Shown piece by piece: positions 10,491-19,900 of a DNA stretch of 64,000 nucleotides. The DNA lies in the NCBI GenBank assembly GCA_965219955.1, contig OZ244799.1, forward strand, positions 3,616,001 to 3,680,000. The letters are read 5' to 3'. The stretch is from a bacterium. Its GTDB lineage: Bacteria > UBA8248. The stretch's first letter is position 1; each line of letters starts with the position of its first letter. The position numbers and the translations under genes are program-made. Below the pieces are notes generated by a model. That model was given only the letters and a program-made list of their open reading frames with translations. It did not search any database and was not told the DNA's origin.

Positions 10491-11150
10491 ATGTTCCAGA
10501 GAATCTTTTTCGCGGCCGTCGTCTCGGGCGTGATAGCGGGGCTTTTCGCCACCGCGGTCCAGTCGACCCGGGTCATCCCCCTGATATACGAAGCCGAAAA
10601 ATACGAGCAGCGAGAACCCGTCCCCCTCCCGCAAACCCATGAGGACCACCCGGAAGAGGGCGGGGATTCCTCGCGCCTGGCGCTCACCCTCGTCTCGAAC
10701 GTCGTCTCGGGCGTCGGATTCGCGCTCTTGCTCGTCGGTTGTTTCGCCCTGCGCGGGGATGTGGACTGGCGGCGGGGGATCCTCTGGGGCGTGGGCGGAT
10801 TCGTCGTCTTCTCTCTCGCGCCCGCCATCGGATTGCCGCCGGAACTCCCCGGCGTCGACGCGGCGCCTTTGCCCCACAGACAGCTCTGGTGGGTTCTCAC
10901 GGTCGTGTCTACGGCGGCGGGCCTGGCCCTTCTGGCCTTCAAGCCGGGAGTGCCCTTCAAGGCGCTGGGGGTCGTCCTCATCGTCTTGCCGCACGCAGTC
11001 GGCGCCCCCCATCCCGAAGCCGGCGGCGAACTGGTTCCCCGGGCGCTTCTCGAGAGGTTCATCCTCACGGCGCTCATGGCCTCGGCTGCCTTCTGGGTCG
11101 TCCTGGGCCTTTGCGCGGGGTATTTCTTCAGCCGCCTGAAGGGGGAATAA
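10491..11150 (+). CDS. cbtA: CbtA-family putative cobalt transporter subunit
   Basis: PLIYEAEKYE, LAPAIGLPPELPG, RQLWW, LPHAVGAP. Confidence 0.85.
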   Translation: MFQRIFFAAVVSGVIAGLFATAVQSTRVIPLIYEAEKYEQREPVPLPQTHEDHPEEGGDSSRLALTLVSNVVSGVGFALLLVGCFALRGDVDWRRGILWGVGGFVVFSLAPAIGLPPELPGVDAAPLPHRQLWWVLTVVSTAAGLALLAFKPGVPFKALGVVLIVLPHAVGAPHPEAGGELVPRALLERFILTALMASAAFWVVLGLCAGYFFSRLKGE

Positions 11151-11266
11151 TTCGATTTGAATGCCGGAGCGGCCGATAAATTCGGCCCCCTCCGCGGATT
11201 CCTCCCCGAGCGCCGAAACGCCCGGCGAGGAATCTTCGGAGAAGTCGCGACCGAAGCCGGGGCGTT

Positions 11267-11770
11267 TTAGGGAGGGGGTGCCTGGTTTTGTTTTTCGATG
11301 AGATGCCTGATGCCGGCGGACGCCTCGCGAATGCCGGCGGATGCCTCGCGAATGCCGGCGCCGATGTCCGCGAGCATTTCGCCTTGTTGTCTGAACGCCT
11401 CCCCTTGTTGCCGGAGCGCTTCTCTGGACTCCTCGCCCTGTTGCCGGAGCGCCTCGCCCTGTTGCCGGAGTGCTTCTCCCTGCTGTCTGAACGCCTCCCC
11501 TTGTTGCCGGAGTGCTTCTCTGGACTCCTCGCCCTGTTGCCGTAGCGCTTCTTCCTGGCGTTTGGAATCCTCTCTGAACGCCTCCCCCTGTTGCCTGATC
11601 ATTTCCTCCAGATTATCGAGGTGGCGGTTTCTTTCCACCGACGCCTCTCGCATCTGTATCAATCCGGCCCGGATGAAATAGCACTGCGCAAAGGCGGCGC
11701 ACATGATGGCCAGAGGCGTCAGGAATACGCCCAGCACTTCGAGGATGGTGACGTCGTTGGGGACGCCCAT
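11267..11770 (-). CDS. Membrane-anchored heptad-repeat coiled-coil protein (RQQGEAL/AGIREAS repeats)
   Basis: N-terminal hydrophobic segment followed by 21-bp and 33-bp tandem repeats in frame. Confidence 0.7.
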   Translation of the reverse strand: MGVPNDVTILEVLGVFLTPLAIMCAAFAQCYFIRAGLIQMREASVERNRHLDNLEEMIRQQGEAFREDSKRQEEALRQQGEESREALRQQGEAFRQQGEALRQQGEALRQQGEESREALRQQGEAFRQQGEMLADIGAGIREASAGIREASAGIRHLIEKQNQAPPP

Positions 11771-12032
11771 GGTTTCCCTGTCCTTTCCCCTCGTGTAAAT
11801 GACGGCGCCTGAATTGTAGAAGAAGCGCGAAGCGGCGGCAACCCCCTGGTCGCTTCGGTCCGGTCGTCTTCGCCGTTCGCCGCGACCTCCGGCGAAAAGC
11901 ATCTTTATGGATGACGGTAAATGGTAAATTTATGATATATCGTTATTTTGTGGGCTTTCTCCGGATACTTCTCATCGCACATATCGCGTTCTAAAGCCTT
12001 GTAAGTTTGATGGTTCGTTGGATTCCCATATT

Positions 12033-12049
12033 TTGGCACGATTATTGCT
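12033..12049 (+). promoter_or_regulatory. Sigma54 -24/-12 promoter TTGGCACGATTATTGCT
   Basis: GG at 12035-36 and GC at 12047-48, canonical spacing, within an AT-rich intergenic region about 60 bp before the next ORF. Confidence 0.8.
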
Positions 12050-12107
12050 TATAGTATAGGTAAAGCAGTTTCCTGAGTACCGCAGTATGAGGGAAAGGAG
12101 GCGCGAG

Positions 12108-12308
12108 ATGGAATTCATCAAGATGTACGTGGTGGCGGGTCTTCCGGTTTTATTCGTATTCGCCGCGATTTGGCGGTTCATGACCTCCAGCATCATCCAT
12201 CAGCCTCGGGCGAAAACAGCGGGGACGAATGACGCCAGGATAGCCCTGGTCGAAACGAAATTGCTGGACGCCATCGACCCACAATCGGAATTGCGGAAAG
12301 CCGCCTAG
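12108..12308 (+). CDS. Small single-TM hypothetical protein (66 aa)
   Basis: AAGGAGG RBS; hydrophobic N-terminus; ends ELRKAA. Confidence 0.65.
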   Translation: MEFIKMYVVAGLPVLFVFAAIWRFMTSSIIHQPRAKTAGTNDARIALVETKLLDAIDPQSELRKAA

Positions 12309-12345
12309 AAGCACGGCTCAGGAATTCGGGAAACGGAGAGAAACC

Positions 12346-12816
12346 ATGTATGAGCGAATACTGATTCCCCTGGACGGTTCTCAAGAGGCGGAAGCCGCCG
12401 CCCATGAGGTGGTTCACCTCTTGATGAATCCGGAGGTTGTTCATCTTCAATTGGTGGAAAACGGCGTCATGCAGTCGAGGCAACTGGAAGGCTACACGGT
12501 GTACGCCGATCAGATTCAGGATGCGCGCACGCGGTGCGGAGAGGAGTATCTGCAACCCTTGCGGCGAATGTTGGGAGACAAGGGTCTGCACGTGGAGACT
12601 TCCGTGACGAACGGCGACCCGCTCCATGAGGTGGCCGAGGCGGCGGAGAAACTGGACGCCGACCTCATTCTCCTGGGCGCCGGAGAGGGCGGATGGCTGA
12701 GACGGAGCCTCGGACTGGCGCGCATCGCCCCGCGTCTCGCGAAGAAAGTGAAAGCCCACGTCCTGCTGGTTCAGGGACTGATGAAACCGGAAGTGGCTCT
12801 TCAGAGAGCCGCATAG
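12346..12816 (+). CDS. Universal stress protein
   Basis: MYERILIPLDGS, GDP...ADLILLGA, HVLLV. Confidence 0.9.
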   Translation: MYERILIPLDGSQEAEAAAHEVVHLLMNPEVVHLQLVENGVMQSRQLEGYTVYADQIQDARTRCGEEYLQPLRRMLGDKGLHVETSVTNGDPLHEVAEAAEKLDADLILLGAGEGGWLRRSLGLARIAPRLAKKVKAHVLLVQGLMKPEVALQRAA

Positions 12817-12998
12817 AAAATCCTGCCGTGGCCCAACCACTGGGCCGCGCCCCACATACCTCCCCCTCGGCGGCCCGCGCCATCCGGCAAGGGGCCGCCG
12901 GGAGGGGAATCCTCACTTTACACCATTCGAGTCGTTCCGAAGCCAGGGCCCGGATGCTAGAATCTCGCCTCGTCCACGAATTGCGTAAGGAGTGAGGG

Positions 12999-13895
12999 GT
13001 GAGAATCGGAATCCTGTGTCGCGATGCCACCTTGCACGGCGTGCGGAGAATCTCCGAGTGCGCCAGGCGCAGAAAGCACCGGGTGCGCGTACTCGATCCG
13101 TATCGCTTCCTGCTGAAGCTCAGCGAGGGGGAGATATCGCTCGAATTCAGGGGGAAGCCCTTCCCGGGGGCGGACGTATATCTCCCGCGCCTGGGGGCGA
13201 ACATTTCCGAGCATTCCCTCGCGCTCATCCGCCACCTGGAAGCCTCAGGCGCGTTGGTCGTCAACAACTCGCGCGCGATCGAGACCGCGCGGGACAAGCT
13301 GCGCACGCTTCAGCTTCTGGCGCAGGAAGGACTTCCGGTGCCGAAGACGGCGTTCGCGCCCGATCCGGCGTATCTGCGCGCGGCGCTCGAGAGCGTGGGC
13401 GGCGCGCCGGTCGTCATGAAGCTGCCTCGCGGCACGCAGGGCAAGGGCGTCATGCGCGCCCACGATGTCGAAGAAGCGCAAGCCATCTCCGAGGTGATGT
13501 GGAACTTACAGCGAGACGCCATCGTCCAGGAATACGTCCAGGAAGCCAGGGAAGGGGATTTGCGCGTCATCGTCGTGGGCGGTGAAGTGGCGGCCGCCGT
13601 GAGAAGACGCGCCTCACGGGATGAGTTCCGCACGAACCTGCATCGCGGCGGTTCGGTCCGCAAAATCACACCGACCAGGCGCGCCTCTGAACTCGCGAAA
13701 AGCGCCGCAAAACTGTGCGGCCTGGAAATCGCGGGCGTGGATCTGCTGGAGACGAAAAGAGGGCCTTTGGTTCTGGAGGTGAACGCCGCGCCCGGTTTCG
13801 AGGGCGTGGAGCGCGCGGGCGGTCCCGAGGTTGCGCCCGTCATCCTCGACTACGTCGAGCGGCGTTACGAGGAGTGGAAGAAGAGAAAAACCTGA
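12999..13895 (+). CDS. rimK: RimK-family alpha-L-glutamate ligase (ATP-grasp)
   Basis: RDKLRTLQLL, GTQGKGV, FRTNLHRGG, LEVNAAPG. Confidence 0.85.
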   Translation: MRIGILCRDATLHGVRRISECARRRKHRVRVLDPYRFLLKLSEGEISLEFRGKPFPGADVYLPRLGANISEHSLALIRHLEASGALVVNNSRAIETARDKLRTLQLLAQEGLPVPKTAFAPDPAYLRAALESVGGAPVVMKLPRGTQGKGVMRAHDVEEAQAISEVMWNLQRDAIVQEYVQEAREGDLRVIVVGGEVAAAVRRRASRDEFRTNLHRGGSVRKITPTRRASELAKSAAKLCGLEIAGVDLLETKRGPLVLEVNAAPGFEGVERAGGPEVAPVILDYVERRYEEWKKRKT

Positions 13896-13968
13896 ATCGT
13901 TTGCCGGTCGTTTCGCCCCGGCCTATAATCCACAGCCGGTTTTCAAGAACTGATGAGGGAGACTCGAA

Positions 13969-15282
13969 TTGAGCGACATCGACGCCATATGCCTTGCGGC
14001 GAGGAACGCCGCGCTTGCACTCGCGCCCCTGGGCGATGGGGTGCGGAATCGCGTCCTGGCCGCCATGGCGGATGCGGTTGACGAAAACTCAGGAGCTATC
14101 CTCGAAGCGAACGCACGAGACGCCGCCGCGGCGGAGCCCCTCGTTGCGAGCGGGGAGATGTCCGAGCCTTTGCTGAGACGCCTGGAACTCAGCGAGCGCA
14201 AAGTCGCGCAGATGGCCGAAGGCGTGCGCGCGGTGGCCGCCCTGCCCGATCCGCTGGGCGTGGCGCGCATGGCGACGCTGCTCGATGAGGAGTTGACGCT
14301 CAGGCGGGTCACCTGTCCCTTGGGCGTGGTCGCCGCCGTGTTCGAATCGAGGCCCGACGCGCTCGTGCAGATCGCCTCGCTCTGCCTCAAATCCGGCAAC
14401 GCCGCCATCCTGAAAGGGGGGCGCGAGGCCGCGCACACGAACCGCCTGATGACCGGGCTTTTACGAGACGCGGCGTCATCGACGGGCGAGGTTCCCGCCG
14501 ACGCGCTGCAGCTCGTCGAGGCGCGCGAGGACGTGCAGGCGCTTTTATCGCGCGACGATGCGGTCGACCTGCTCATACCGCGCGGGAGCAACGAGTTCGT
14601 CCGCTACATCAAGGAGCACTCGAACATCCCGGTGCTCGGCCACGCGGACGGCATCTGTCATCTCTACGTGGACGAGGCGGCGGAGACGGAGATGGCCGTG
14701 CGACTCGCGTTCGACGCCAAGACGCAATACCCCGCCGTCTGCAACGCCATCGAGACGCTCCTGGTGCACGAGAAAAAAGCGGGCGAGTTCCTCCCGCGGG
14801 CCGCCGAGGCGATGGCGGAGAAGGGAGTCGCCATCCGGGGCTGCGACGCCACGCGGGCGATTCTAAAGAATGCGGGCGCGGCGACGGAGGAAGACTGGGA
14901 GACGGAGTATCTGGACTTGATCCTCTCCGTCCGGGTGGTGGAATCACTCGAAGAGGCCGTCGATCACATCAACCGCTACGGCTCGCGCCACACCGACGCC
15001 ATCGTGACTTCCGACGAGACGGCGGCGCGGACGTTTCTCTCCAGAGTCGACGCCGCCAGCGTCATGTGGAACGCGTCCACGCGGCTGGCGGACGGCTTCC
15101 GCTACGGCTTCGGCGCCGAGGTGGGGATCGCCACGGACAAGATTCACGCGCGCGGCCCCGTGGGCCTGGAAGGCCTGGTGACCTACAAGTACCAGCTCGA
15201 GGGAAACGGCCACCTCGTCTCCGACTACGAGGGAGCGGACGCGCGGGCGTTTCTCCACAGGCCGATTCCCTTAAACGAATAG
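13969..15282 (+). CDS. proA: Glutamate-5-semialdehyde dehydrogenase
   Basis: PLGVV..FESRP, LKSGNAAILKGG, CNAIETLLV, NASTRLADG, HARGPVGL. Confidence 0.95.
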   Translation: MSDIDAICLAARNAALALAPLGDGVRNRVLAAMADAVDENSGAILEANARDAAAAEPLVASGEMSEPLLRRLELSERKVAQMAEGVRAVAALPDPLGVARMATLLDEELTLRRVTCPLGVVAAVFESRPDALVQIASLCLKSGNAAILKGGREAAHTNRLMTGLLRDAASSTGEVPADALQLVEAREDVQALLSRDDAVDLLIPRGSNEFVRYIKEHSNIPVLGHADGICHLYVDEAAETEMAVRLAFDAKTQYPAVCNAIETLLVHEKKAGEFLPRAAEAMAEKGVAIRGCDATRAILKNAGAATEEDWETEYLDLILSVRVVESLEEAVDHINRYGSRHTDAIVTSDETAARTFLSRVDAASVMWNASTRLADGFRYGFGAEVGIATDKIHARGPVGLEGLVTYKYQLEGNGHLVSDYEGADARAFLHRPIPLNE

Positions 15283-15304
15283 AGCGCCCGGGACGCCTTG
15301 GAAC

Positions 15305-15628
15305 TTGGGCAAGTGGATCGTCTTCTCGTTCCTCGTCCTTGGCGGCGCGCTCGTCGTCTTTCTACTCATCTACCAAAACCCCCAGCAAGAAGAAGCTGTC
15401 GTTACCACCGGCGACGGTGCGGCGGTTTACGCGCAGACCTGCGCCGCCTGCCACGGGGAGCGCGGCGAGGGCAGGCGTGAACTGGGAAACCCCCTGCGCG
15501 GCCGCGCGCTCCCTCCCGCCTATATCAAAGAGGTCGTGAAGCAGGGGAAAAATAAAATGCCCGCCCTGCCCCGCATCCGGGGCGAGGCGCTCGAGAACGT
15601 GGCGAGGTACGTGAATCGCCTGCCCTGA
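15305..15628 (+). CDS. Monoheme cytochrome c
   Basis: N-terminal TM, CAACH, distal Met in KMPA. Confidence 0.85.
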   Translation: MGKWIVFSFLVLGGALVVFLLIYQNPQQEEAVVTTGDGAAVYAQTCAACHGERGEGRRELGNPLRGRALPPAYIKEVVKQGKNKMPALPRIRGEALENVARYVNRLP

Positions 15629-15676
15629 GTCTGATGGCCGGTCGTGAACCACGGCGATGATGATGCGTCGCCTTCG

Positions 15677-15987
15677 GAGTTGTTGAAAAACCCTTCCTCA
15701 AGTGGAAACGGCCTTTACCGAATTCGCCGCCCTTACAAGTAATACCTTCCTCATCCCGAACAGGCCCTGCAAACTGCGCGCGACTCTATCCTCATCCCGA
15801 GTAGGCGCGCTTGCGCGCCGTATCGAGGGACGGACATGCGCCCTTCGATACGCCGCCTTCGGCGGCTACTCAGGGTGAGGGAAAGAGGATTTGGCGGCCC
15901 TCGGCGGTTACTCGAGGTGATGTCGATTCGAGGCCATGTAAAACGAGGAGAACGCGCCCGTTCTAATGCCGGGTTTTCAAAAACCCC
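15677..15987. mobile_element. TIR element carrying a REP-B pair
   Basis: GAGTTGTTGAAAAACCC ... GGGTTTTCAAAAACCCC; REP-B pair 15790-15880; similar along its length to 43077-43309. Confidence 0.8.
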
Positions 15988-16017
15988 CTCTCCGTCCCCA
16001 GCCTCTTGCACCGGAGA

Positions 16018-16797
16018 TCATCCCTCGCTTCGCTCGGCGGTCCTCACCGCGAACGAGAAGCAGGCGCCGCTGAAGACGATCATGACGATGAGGGACATCC
16101 AGAGCCCCGGCAGGTTGGCCACGGCGTCCGGCGCGCTCAGGTAGAGCGTTCTCCTCAGGGCCGCCACGCCGTAGGTGAGCGGGTTCACCTGCATGACGAG
16201 GCCGATGAGCGGGTGCGCGCCCGCGACCGGGAACACCGCGCCCGAGAGCAGCCACAAGGGGATGAGCAGGAGGTTCATGATGGAGTGGAACCCCTGGGTG
16301 GATTCGATCCGCCAGGCGAGCAGAAGGCCGAGCGCGGTCAGCGCGAAGCCGATCAGGCCCATCACCAGCACCGAGGCGAGGGCGGCCTCCAGATTGAGCG
16401 GAACGCCCGCTAGGGGGGTGGCAGCGAGCAGGAGGACGCCTTGCAGCAGCGCGAGCGTCGTCCCGCCCAGCACCTGCCCCAGCACGATGGCCGAGCGCGG
16501 AACGGGCGCCGCGAGCACGCCCTGTAAGAAGCGCGCCTTTCTGTCGTCCACCACGGCGAAGGTGGAGAAGATCGCCGTGAAGAGCACCACCATGGCGATG
16601 ATGCCCGGGTAGAAGTATTCCAGATACCCCTCCCCCCCTCCGCCCGCGTAGCGGAAGTTTTTTCCGAAGCCGCTGCCCAGCAGCAGCCAGAACAGGACGG
16701 GCTGGCCGAACGCGCCGATGATGCGGCTGCGCTGGCGCACGAAGCGCACGATCTCGCGCTGCCAGATCGTTCCCGCGCAAAGCATATACGGCGTCAT
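16018..16797 (-). CDS. ABC-2 type transporter permease
   Basis: YFYPGI, LSGAVFP, VNPLTYGV. Confidence 0.9.
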   Translation of the reverse strand: MTPYMLCAGTIWQREIVRFVRQRSRIIGAFGQPVLFWLLLGSGFGKNFRYAGGGGEGYLEYFYPGIIAMVVLFTAIFSTFAVVDDRKARFLQGVLAAPVPRSAIVLGQVLGGTTLALLQGVLLLAATPLAGVPLNLEAALASVLVMGLIGFALTALGLLLAWRIESTQGFHSIMNLLLIPLWLLSGAVFPVAGAHPLIGLVMQVNPLTYGVAALRRTLYLSAPDAVANLPGLWMSLIVMIVFSGACFSFAVRTAERSEG

Positions 16798-17759
16798 GAT
16801 TTCCGCGCCTCGGGGAGGTCCGCATCCGCGTCGATGAAGCGTTTTCCCGTCTGGTTGATGAACACGTCCTCGAGCGTTGGCTTGCCGAGCGTGATGGAGC
16901 GCACCTCGCCGGGAAACGCCTCGGCGATCCTGGGGATGGCGGCGTGCGCGTCGCGCATCTCGGCGCGCAGGGAGCCGTCCACGCTCCTGACCTCACACGA
17001 GAACATCGCTTCCAGCTTCACGCGCAGGGATTCGGGGTCTCCCGCCTCGATGCTCAGCACCTCGCCGCCCACTTCCTTTTTGAGCGCGTCGGGCGCGCCG
17101 ATGGCGACGAGGTCCCCCTCGTGGATGACGCCCACCCGGTCCGCGTGGTCGGCCTCCCCGATGAAGTGCGTGGTGAGCACGACCGTGGTGTTCGTCTCGT
17201 TTCGCAGGCGACTGAGTTCGTTTCTGAAATCGATCCTGGCCCCGGGGTCGAGGCCCGTGCTGGGCTCGTCGAGGAACAATATCTCGGGCCGGGGCAGGAG
17301 CGCCTTGGCGAGTTCCACCCTGCGCTGAAGCCCCCCCGAGAGGGTCTCGACGTAATCCTTTTTCCTGTCGCTGATTCCGAATTGCGCGAGGAGCGCGTCG
17401 GCTGCGTTTCGCAGGGTGCTCCCGAGCATCCCGTGCAGCCTGCCGTGGTGGATCATGTTCTCGAACACGGTGAGCTTGGGGTCCAGGCCGGGTTGCTGGA
17501 AGACGACGCCGATTTTCTTTCGCACCGCATGGGGCGCGTCGCGCACCGAATGGCCGAAGACTTGCGCGTCGCCCGCGGTCGGGCGCATGAGGGTGGTGAT
17601 GATGCGGAAGAGAGTCGTCTTGCCGCCGCCGTTCGGACCCAGGAGCGCGAAGATCTCGCCCTCTGAAACCTCGAAGCGCACGTCCTTGAGTGCTGTGCGG
17701 CTCCCGTAGCGGTGGGTGACGCCTTGGACGTCCAGGGCGGGGCCGGGGTTCTGGTTCAA
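16794..17759 (-). CDS. ABC transporter ATP-binding protein (DrrA-like)
   Basis: GPNGGGKTT, LSGG, LDEPSTGLDP, PTLEDVF. Confidence 0.92.
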   Translation of the reverse strand: MNQNPGPALDVQGVTHRYGSRTALKDVRFEVSEGEIFALLGPNGGGKTTLFRIITTLMRPTAGDAQVFGHSVRDAPHAVRKKIGVVFQQPGLDPKLTVFENMIHHGRLHGMLGSTLRNAADALLAQFGISDRKKDYVETLSGGLQRRVELAKALLPRPEILFLDEPSTGLDPGARIDFRNELSRLRNETNTTVVLTTHFIGEADHADRVGVIHEGDLVAIGAPDALKKEVGGEVLSIEAGDPESLRVKLEAMFSCEVRSVDGSLRAEMRDAHAAIPRIAEAFPGEVRSITLGKPTLEDVFINQTGKRFIDADADLPEARKS

Positions 17760-17764
17760 TTCAA

Positions 17765-18133
17765 TCAGTCCCCATCATCTTCGGGTGAGAGTTTCCGGTT
17801 GAAAAAGTAATCCGCGTTCAGCCAGATGGCGCGGGAGTAGCGAAACGAGAATAGCGGAATCAGGATGCAAAGCCCACCCCAGACGATGAGGTGCGTCGTA
17901 AGACCCGGTGCGAAGTAGATTTCGGTGAGCAGATAGCCGCCCAGGCAGATGATGACCGTGATGGCGTAGTTGATGTAGATGGCGCCGACGAAATAGCCCT
18001 GCTCACGCTCGATGAGATAGCCGCAGCCCGGGCATCGCTCGTGCATGCGGAATGGCCCCGTGAAAAGGGGCTCGGGGCATCTCGGGCACATCAGGGCGCA
18101 CCCGCGCCTGAGGGCGCGCAGGAATTCTCTCAT
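17765..18133 (-). CDS. DUF983 family protein
   Basis: CPRC...CPGCG, EREQGYFVGA, two TM segments; ATG overlaps the upstream stop. Confidence 0.8.
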   Translation of the reverse strand: MREFLRALRRGCALMCPRCPEPLFTGPFRMHERCPGCGYLIEREQGYFVGAIYINYAITVIICLGGYLLTEIYFAPGLTTHLIVWGGLCILIPLFSFRYSRAIWLNADYFFNRKLSPEDDGD

Positions 18134-18555
18134 GCCCTCGGGTAGAACACGTAGAGGAGCAGATAGACCGCGACTCCGGTGAACGAGACATAGAGCCAGA
18201 TGGGGTACGTCCAGCGGGCGATGCGGCGGTGCCGCTCGAAATCCCCCCGCCACGCCCTGTAGAGGGTGATGACCGCCATGGGCGGCACCAGGACGGCCAG
18301 GACCGAATGCGTGATGAGAATGGTGAAATAGACCGGGCGAATCCAGCCCTCACCGGTGAAACCGACCGAGCCCACGTTGTAGTGGTAGACGAGGTAGGAG
18401 ATCAGGAACAGGGTGGAGACGATGAACGCGCTCACCATGCATCGCTTGTGAGCCTCCACGTTTTTCACGTAGATGCGCCTGACCCCCGCCATGAGGAGAA
18501 AAGCGCTGGTGGCGTTCAACAAGGCGTTCAGGGTGGGCAGATCTCGAAGCGACAT
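18130..18555 (-). CDS. DUF420 family membrane protein (CtaM/YozB-like)
   Basis: LPTLNALLN, HKRCM, HRRIARWTYPIWLYVS. Confidence 0.9.
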   Translation of the reverse strand: MSLRDLPTLNALLNATSAFLLMAGVRRIYVKNVEAHKRCMVSAFIVSTLFLISYLVYHYNVGSVGFTGEGWIRPVYFTILITHSVLAVLVPPMAVITLYRAWRGDFERHRRIARWTYPIWLYVSFTGVAVYLLLYVFYPRA

Positions 18556-18600
18556 GAATTTTTGGTTTTTTTGAAGAGTCTGGCGGCGGTCGGGAGCGGC

Positions 18601-18897
18601 CTAGAAATCCGGCAGCACCATCAGCACCACGAACACGCACAGCACGAGCGGTATCATGGCGATGAAGCCCAGAGCCAGCTTCTCGAACTTCAGGTGCATG
18701 AAGTAAAGCGCCACGAGCGCCGCCTTGGCAACGGCCATGATGACGAGGAGCGCGCCCTTCAGGAGTTGCGGATAGGCGGGGCTCGCCTCGGGTATGCCTG
18801 CCAGAACCTCGAGAATCGTGAGCGCCAGGAGCCACCAGAAGATGGCCATGTAGCTCACGTGATGGTCGTCGTGTTGCGCGTGGCTTTCGCTTGCCAT
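18601..18897 (-). CDS. Cytochrome c oxidase subunit IV family protein
   Basis: KAALVALYFMHLKFE; His-rich N-terminus. Confidence 0.88.
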   Translation of the reverse strand: MASESHAQHDDHHVSYMAIFWWLLALTILEVLAGIPEASPAYPQLLKGALLVIMAVAKAALVALYFMHLKFEKLALGFIAMIPLVLCVFVVLMVLPDF

Positions 18898-18953
18898 GAT
18901 GTATGTGCTCTCCCTCGAACGAACCGGGCGCGCCGGGGACGCGCCCGAGATGG

Positions 18954-19577
18954 TTACAGCAGATAGATGAACGTGAACACGAGAATCCAGACGAGGTCCA
19001 CGAAGTGCCAGTAGAGGCCCGCGATTTCCACCTCGTTCCAGTTCGTCGCCGAATAAACGCCCTTTTTGCCGCGCATCGCGATGACGGCCAGATAGATGAC
19101 GCCGCCGGTCACGTGCATGCCGTGGAAGCCCGTGATGATGTAGAAGGTGGTGCCGAAGAGGCTGTCGCCCCACTTGTTGGTGGCGAGGCCCAACCCCAGG
19201 TTGATCAGGTGGGTCCACTCGTAGGCCTGCAATGCCAGGAAGATAAGGCCGCCGCCTACGGTGAGCCACATGTACTTGACCAGCCCCTCCTGATCGCCTT
19301 TCTTGATGGCGTCCAGGCCCTTCACCATCGTCACGCTGCTGCATATGAGCAGGAACGTCATGAACGCGGTGAGCGAGATGCCCAGCACCTCGGTGGGGTT
19401 CGGCCAGTTCGCGCTGTTGCCCCGCATGATGGCGTAACCCGCCAGCAAGGTTCCGAACGACATGGCGTCGCCCGCCAGAAATACCCACATCCCCAGCTTG
19501 CCCCAGCTTTCGGGGGTAAGCGGGGTTTCTGCTGGTTCCACTCCGTGGGCGTGATCCACGGCGGCGGCTTCACTCAC
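18954..19577 (-). CDS. ctaE: Cytochrome c oxidase subunit III (second copy)
   Basis: KLGMWVFL, TGFHGMHV, GLYWHFVDLVW. Confidence 0.9.
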   Translation of the reverse strand: MSEAAAVDHAHGVEPAETPLTPESWGKLGMWVFLAGDAMSFGTLLAGYAIMRGNSANWPNPTEVLGISLTAFMTFLLICSSVTMVKGLDAIKKGDQEGLVKYMWLTVGGGLIFLALQAYEWTHLINLGLGLATNKWGDSLFGTTFYIITGFHGMHVTGGVIYLAVIAMRGKKGVYSATNWNEVEIAGLYWHFVDLVWILVFTFIYLL

Positions 19578-19592
19578 TTCGCCTTCTCCTTC

Positions 19593-19829
19593 TTAATCGG
19601 TAAAAATGCCTTTGTTCGCCGGCTCTCTTTTCGAACGCCGGGAATTGTATACGAAATAACCGCCCGTCACCGTGGCGATCACGAACGGCATGCTGATCAG
19701 GAAACCCATGCTCCAGAGAAAACCGGGCTCGCTGTCCACCCCGCACACCGCGCAGGCGAAGGCGTAATCCTGTGCGGACAGGACGAGCCCCAAAGCTGCG
19801 GCGATGAGAATGGCAACGACTGGTTTCAC
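19593..19829 (-). CDS. Small exported CxxC membrane protein in the cox operon
   Basis: AAGGAG RBS, GTG start, signal peptide then ACAVCG, one TM. Confidence 0.65.
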   Translation of the reverse strand: MKPVVAILIAAALGLVLSAQDYAFACAVCGVDSEPGFLWSMGFLISMPFVIATVTGGYFVYNSRRSKREPANKGIFTD

Positions 19830-19900
19830 CTGAATCTCCTTGAGGCGAGTATGCCACCCGCTCCGCGAAAGTGTCAACGTTTCAAGCCTTTCCTGCGCCG

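Noticed and set aside
11300-11600. Tandem repeats as a CRISPR array or non-coding VNTR
   Set aside because: No unique spacers; the units are in-frame coding repeats.
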